From the UHGV virus genome UHGV-0227205: a stretch of DNA of 10,294 nucleotides; one strand, written 5' to 3'. The position numbers were made by a program, and so were the translations under genes. The stretch is from a virus. This document shows positions 6,648 to 10,294 of the stretch, piece by piece (positions within the stretch are counted from its first letter, which is position 1; every line of letters begins with the position of its first letter). A model generated the notes under the pieces. The model had not been told where the DNA came from. It did no database searches and saw only the letters and a program-made list of their open reading frames with translations.

Positions 6648-7247
6648 TCAGAAACGGTATCCGATACCAACAATAAATGCATCCGTTCGCCAGTCGCCAC
6701 TACCGGAACCTTCATAAGCAAGGTCAATGGTCACGGATTCGGTCGGGTTAAACTGCACGCCAGCCCCCCACGCCAGAGACGTGTTGCTGTGGCGACCGTC
6801 ATCACTTCCGGTCAGCACATCGTGCTTTTTCCCCTTGTTGTCAGTTACGCGAAGATAATCCCCGGAGAAAGTCGACACACGGCTGTAAGCCACACCCGCC
6901 ATCGCATACGCGCTGAACCATTCATTCACGCGCACAGACGGCCCCGCCATTACGCTGAACCAGCGGTTACGAACGGAATCTTCATGCCAGCGGGTATCGC
7001 TGTAACGGGTCAGCTGGCGATTCTTGTCTCCTGCATAGCTGAACGACGTCTCCAGCCCCAGTGTGTCCGTAAACTCATAACGGTATTTCACGTTAATCCC
7101 GTTCAGATCATCACTGCCGGGAACGTTCGTCGAGGCATGAAGATAGCCCGCGCTCAGCGTGGACTGATGTTCAGACGCCCATGCAGGCGCACCGGATACG
7201 GCCAGACAGATGGCTGCGGACAAAATGGCGGCATAAAGTTTACGCAT
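6648..7247 (-). CDS. lom: Outer membrane beta-barrel protein Lom (Ail/Lom/PagC/Rck/OmpX family)
   Basis: 199-aa ORF with ATG at 7245-7247 and a GAGAGG RBS. Signal peptide MRKLYAAILSAAICLAVSGAPAWA with AWA cleavage motif. C-terminus ...LAYEGSGSGDWRTDAFIVGIGYRF closely matches lambda Lom as recalled and ends in an aromatic residue typical of OM beta-barrels. Sits in the lambda J-lom-stf position. Confidence 0.9.
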   Translation of the reverse strand: MRKLYAAILSAAICLAVSGAPAWASEHQSTLSAGYLHASTNVPGSDDLNGINVKYRYEFTDTLGLETSFSYAGDKNRQLTRYSDTRWHEDSVRNRWFSVMAGPSVRVNEWFSAYAMAGVAYSRVSTFSGDYLRVTDNKGKKHDVLTGSDDGRHSNTSLAWGAGVQFNPTESVTIDLAYEGSGSGDWRTDAFIVGIGYRF

Positions 7248-7268
7248 AATTACCTCTCGCTTTTCTGC

Positions 7269-7296
7269 AATAAAAAAGGCGTCATTCCTGACGCCC
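7269..7296 (-). terminator. Putative intrinsic terminator between J and lom
   Basis: On the minus-strand transcript: GGCGTCA-GGAA-TGACGCC hairpin (7-bp GC-rich stem, 4-nt loop; plus coordinates 7277-7294) followed by TTTTTTATT (revcomp of 7268-7276). Lies 22 bp after the J stop and before the lom RBS. Confidence 0.7.
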
Positions 7297-7317
7297 TTTA
7301 TTGGGGTTATAAATATT

Positions 7318-10294
7318 TCAACGAATACTGATGCCGGAAGCGGCTTTTTTGGTCACAATCACCGTACAGTCGGTGATATTGCCTGCCCCCTGATTGCCTT
7401 TCTGGAAAATCTTAAACTCCAGAGTGACGCTTCCCCTGCCACTCGGCATATCAATAACTGCACTGTAACTACCGGGAATGGCCCCTTTAGTTTCTCTGGA
7501 TGCGATTAATACGCCGTTTTTGCGAACTTCAAAACCATAACCCGTGTATCGCGTGCCTCCTGGGTTATTTCCGCTCCCCGGATCGTCATACGCTATACCG
7601 TTAAAAATAATGGGCGGAATAATAATCTGGCGGTCAAAGTTATGATCATCGCTGATGGTGACTGTAACCGTACCGTTTGGTGTTTCCGTGTTACCCCACG
7701 TACCGACTTTTTTCGGGAAGGCTTTTGATACAGCTTTAACGAAATCTCCTCTGACCTGGGTCGCCTCCAGCATGCCCTTAATCGTACAGTTCTGGTTAAT
7801 CGTGACATTGTTGAGCGTTCCTGAGTTCGCATTCACACTGCCACTGATATCCACATTTTTCGCCGTCAGTCTCCCGTCTGATGTCAGGGAAAATGCCGGA
7901 GGATTACCGCCGCTGGTAATGGTGGGGGCCGTCAGGCGTTTCAGGAACACTTCATTCATGAATATCTGATCGCCCTGACCAACAAACATCGGCTTTGTGT
8001 TGCCATTCGCAGGATTAATCATCGCAATCCTGTCTGCCGCCAGCAGCACCTGACTCTGCATTCCTGCTGGCGTATTCTCAATACCGGCACCGATACCCGC
8101 AATATAAAGGCGTCCGTCCTGCATCTGCTGCAGTTTCACGGCCCACATGCTGTTCAGGTTATTATTTGTATCAACCTGAACTTTCTGTATCTGCTGGATT
8201 GCCGCACTCTGATTTTCCAGTTTTTTATTGACGGTCTGCGTGATTTCATTGCTGACATTCGTAATGGACGTCCTGATTTCAGCCAGGTCCGGCGCAAGCT
8301 GACCGTTATCAATCTGCGTCCACAGCTCCTGGGCCAGATGTGTTTTCCCGATTTCTCCTTTGAAAAAATCCAGGTAACCTTCCGCATCATCGCTCGCCCG
8401 ACCGACAGCCTCCACGAATGCCGATTTGCCAACAGTATTCACACTGCGGATATAAAAATAATAATCATGGCCCGGTTTGATATTGATACTGGCAGCTATC
8501 CAGTACAGCGCCGAGCCAAGATAGCGGGCTGCGGTTTCAACCTGCCTGATATCCGCAATCCGCTTTTCCGAGAACCAGAACTCAAACTGTACCGTCGGGT
8601 CATAAACGGCAAGATGTGGCGTTGCGGTTATCTGAAAATAGCCCGGCGTCAGCTCAATCCGCGACGGTGCTGCCGGTGCGGCAATCCGGAAGGTGGTGGT
8701 GGCAGGTTCACCCTGCTGGCCATAGCTGTTTATCGCCCGCACCGTCAGGGTGTATTCCCCGAGCGGCAGGCCGCTGAAACGGTGCTCCGTGTCTGCGGTG
8801 ATGGCGGTGGTCACCAGTCTGGCATCCGTTCCCTTACCACTGGTCAGGCGCAGACTGAAGCGCACACCCTTCACCACCCGCGGCGTGTCCCATTTCGCCT
8901 GCGCCAGATACTGGCCGTCAGCTGCGCTCACCTCCACCGTCAGGTGCTGCACTGCCGGTGGGATGACGCTGTTCAGGGAACCTGACTGCGGCTCAAAGCG
9001 GGCACCGTTATCCACGATGGCTTCTTTTTCCGGTACGTGCTGCACCGCCGTGATGGCAAAGGTGCCGTCCGTGTTTTCCCGGATGGAGACACAGCGGAAC
9101 AGGCGACGGCGCAGTGACGGCAGGGAGAGTCCCCACACCCCGTATGTCTCCACACCATCAGGCAGGGTACTGACCTGTATCCGGTCCGGCGCGGGGTGTG
9201 CGGTGATGTCCACACTCACCGGCTTACCGCTGCCGTTAATCAGGTTCACCGCCGATGTACCTGTCTCCGGCAGGGTAACCTCACGGTCCAGCGTCAGGGT
9301 GCGGGTGGCAGCATCAATGGACAGGACACGTCCGCCGGTCAGGGTCCCGGCATAGTCATTATCACAGATTTCAATAATGTCACCGGGTGTGTGCCGCAGC
9401 CCCTGAGACCCGAGCGTGAAATCCACCGTCTGCGTTTCCAGCAGTTCGGTCTTTATCACCCACAGTCCGGCACGGTGGGCCTGACCGCGGCTGGTACAGC
9501 CGAACGCGTCCATCTTCAGCAGGTTGCGTCCGTAGCGCAGTATGGCTTCCGGGTCTTCCACCAGTTCCGTGGAGGTCTGCCAGCCGTTCTGCGGGTCGGT
9601 GTAATTCACCTCCACCGCCGTGTGCCGGTCCTTCAGGGCACTGAAGCTGTAGCGGAATCCCACGCCGTTATCATCCACCACCACATCGCTGTTGGTGTAC
9701 GGCCACACCACATCCGACGGGCGGTCCTGAACGAACGTCAGCGTCTGACCGTTCCATACCGGCATACAGCGCATCGCAGAGCAGAAATCACTGAGAACGT
9801 CCCACGCCTTACGCTGTTGTGCCAGGTACGCATTAAAGGTCATCCGCGGCTCGGTCCCCCCGAAACCATCCGGGACCGTCTGGTCGCAGTACTGCCCGAT
9901 GGCATACAGCGCCCACTTGTCCACATCCGCCGCCCCCAGACGTTTTCCCATGCCGTAGCGCGGGTGAGTCAGCATGTCCCACAGACACCAGGCCGGGTTG
10001 TTGCTGTATGCCGGTTTCAGACTGCCGTCCCAGATACCACTATACGTGCGTTTTTCCGGGTCATAGTTTGACGGCACCTGGATGATGCGACCGCGGATAT
10101 GGTAGTTCACCGTCATCTGCTGGCCGCCGAACTGCTCCGCATCCACCTGCAGCCCCACAATGGCCGTGTTCGGGTAGCACTGTTTCACATCGATGATTTC
10201 GGTGTATGACGACCACAGCGTCTTATTCTGCAGCTGGTCCGTGGTGCTGTCCGCCGTCTCCCTGACCATCCGGATGTTAAAGGGCCGGGGAGGC
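7318..10294 (-). CDS. J: Host specificity / tail tip protein J, lambda J-like (central tail fibre); 5' end outside window
   Basis: Minus-strand frame open from the window end (translation ...[44 protein letters not shown]...) to the stop at 7318-7320, at least 992 codons. Long stretches ([191 protein letters not shown]) match lambda J as recalled. The ATG at 10267-10269 is internal, not the start; lambda J is about 1130 aa. Confidence 0.92.
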   Translation of the reverse strand, partial: PPRPFNIRMVRETADSTTDQLQNKTLWSSYTEIIDVKQCYPNTAIVGLQVDAEQFGGQQMTVNYHIRGRIIQVPSNYDPEKRTYSGIWDGSLKPAYSNNPAWCLWDMLTHPRYGMGKRLGAADVDKWALYAIGQYCDQTVPDGFGGTEPRMTFNAYLAQQRKAWDVLSDFCSAMRCMPVWNGQTLTFVQDRPSDVVWPYTNSDVVVDDNGVGFRYSFSALKDRHTAVEVNYTDPQNGWQTSTELVEDPEAILRYGRNLLKMDAFGCTSRGQAHRAGLWVIKTELLETQTVDFTLGSQGLRHTPGDIIEICDNDYAGTLTGGRVLSIDAATRTLTLDREVTLPETGTSAVNLINGSGKPVSVDITAHPAPDRIQVSTLPDGVETYGVWGLSLPSLRRRLFRCVSIRENTDGTFAITAVQHVPEKEAIVDNGARFEPQSGSLNSVIPPAVQHLTVEVSAADGQYLAQAKWDTPRVVKGVRFSLRLTSGKGTDARLVTTAITADTEHRFSGLPLGEYTLTVRAINSYGQQGEPATTTFRIAAPAAPSRIELTPGYFQITATPHLAVYDPTVQFEFWFSEKRIADIRQVETAARYLGSALYWIAASINIKPGHDYYFYIRSVNTVGKSAFVEAVGRASDDAEGYLDFFKGEIGKTHLAQELWTQIDNGQLAPDLAEIRTSITNVSNEITQTVNKKLENQSAAIQQIQKVQVDTNNNLNSMWAVKLQQMQDGRLYIAGIGAGIENTPAGMQSQVLLAADRIAMINPANGNTKPMFVGQGDQIFMNEVFLKRLTAPTITSGGNPPAFSLTSDGRLTAKNVDISGSVNANSGTLNNVTINQNCTIKGMLEATQVRGDFVKAVSKAFPKKVGTWGNTETPNGTVTVTISDDHNFDRQIIIPPIIFNGIAYDDPGSGNNPGGTRYTGYGFEVRKNGVLIASRETKGAIPGSYSAVIDMPSGRGSVTLEFKIFQKGNQGAGNITDCTVIVTKKAASGISIR

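Noticed and set aside
7248-7317. Sigma70 promoter for lom between the J stop and the lom start
   Set aside because: A TTGAAA hexamer follows the J stop, but no acceptable -10 element lies at 16-18 bp spacing, and the interval is mostly occupied by the terminator hairpin. Not callable from sequence.
6645-7331. 228-aa plus-strand ORF antisense to lom
   Set aside because: Overlaps lom completely on the opposite strand. lom has a signal peptide, RBS, family motifs and flanking terminators; the antisense ORF has none of these.
7593-10071. ORFs inside the lambda-like J region other than J itself (plus-strand 7655-7969, 8338-8985, 8750-9355, 9196-10071; minus-strand 7593-7832, 8154-8432, 8973-9215)
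   Set aside because: All are inside the long J reading frame, either antisense or in a shifted frame, with Arg/Cys-rich composition untypical of real proteins. J homology accounts for the region.
4952-10294. Functional Gin/Pin-type invertible fibre segment
   Set aside because: Only one crossover-like site was found, no inverted partner site and no invertase gene are in the window, and the sequence to its right is a lambda J-lom-stf module far larger than known invertible fibre segments. Reported as an orphan site only.

Overview
Prophage tail region from an enterobacterial genome (lambda- and P2-like proteins, about 55% GC by eye; host species cannot be determined from the sequence). Two phage tail modules converge. 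On the plus strand (242-5031) is a tightly packed P2-like myovirus tail-completion/baseplate/tail-fibre operon, R-S-V-W-J-I-H. On the minus strand (4952-10294) is a lambda-like siphovirus tail-tip module, J (5' end cut by the window)-lom-stf. The two tail-fibre genes, P2-type H and lambda-type stf, meet 3' end to 3' end at about 5008-5017 and overlap antisense by 80 bp. Both appear to lack the distal receptor-binding portion, and no tail-fibre assembly gene (G or tfa) lies between them, so this is a rearrangement or deletion breakpoint, or possibly an assembly join. H carries an orphan site that closely matches a Gin/Cin/Pin-type invertase crossover site 40 bp before the breakpoint, plus three tandem 132-bp coding repeats; an inverted copy of the repeat core sits in stf immediately across the breakpoint. 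lom is a terminator-flanked moron of the Ail/Lom/PagC outer-membrane family. No rRNA, tRNA, CRISPR, IS element, integrase or invertase gene was seen. All homology statements rest on reading the translated ORFs against remembered P2 and lambda proteins; no database search was run. I do not see a defensible novel system beyond the fibre-gene junction.
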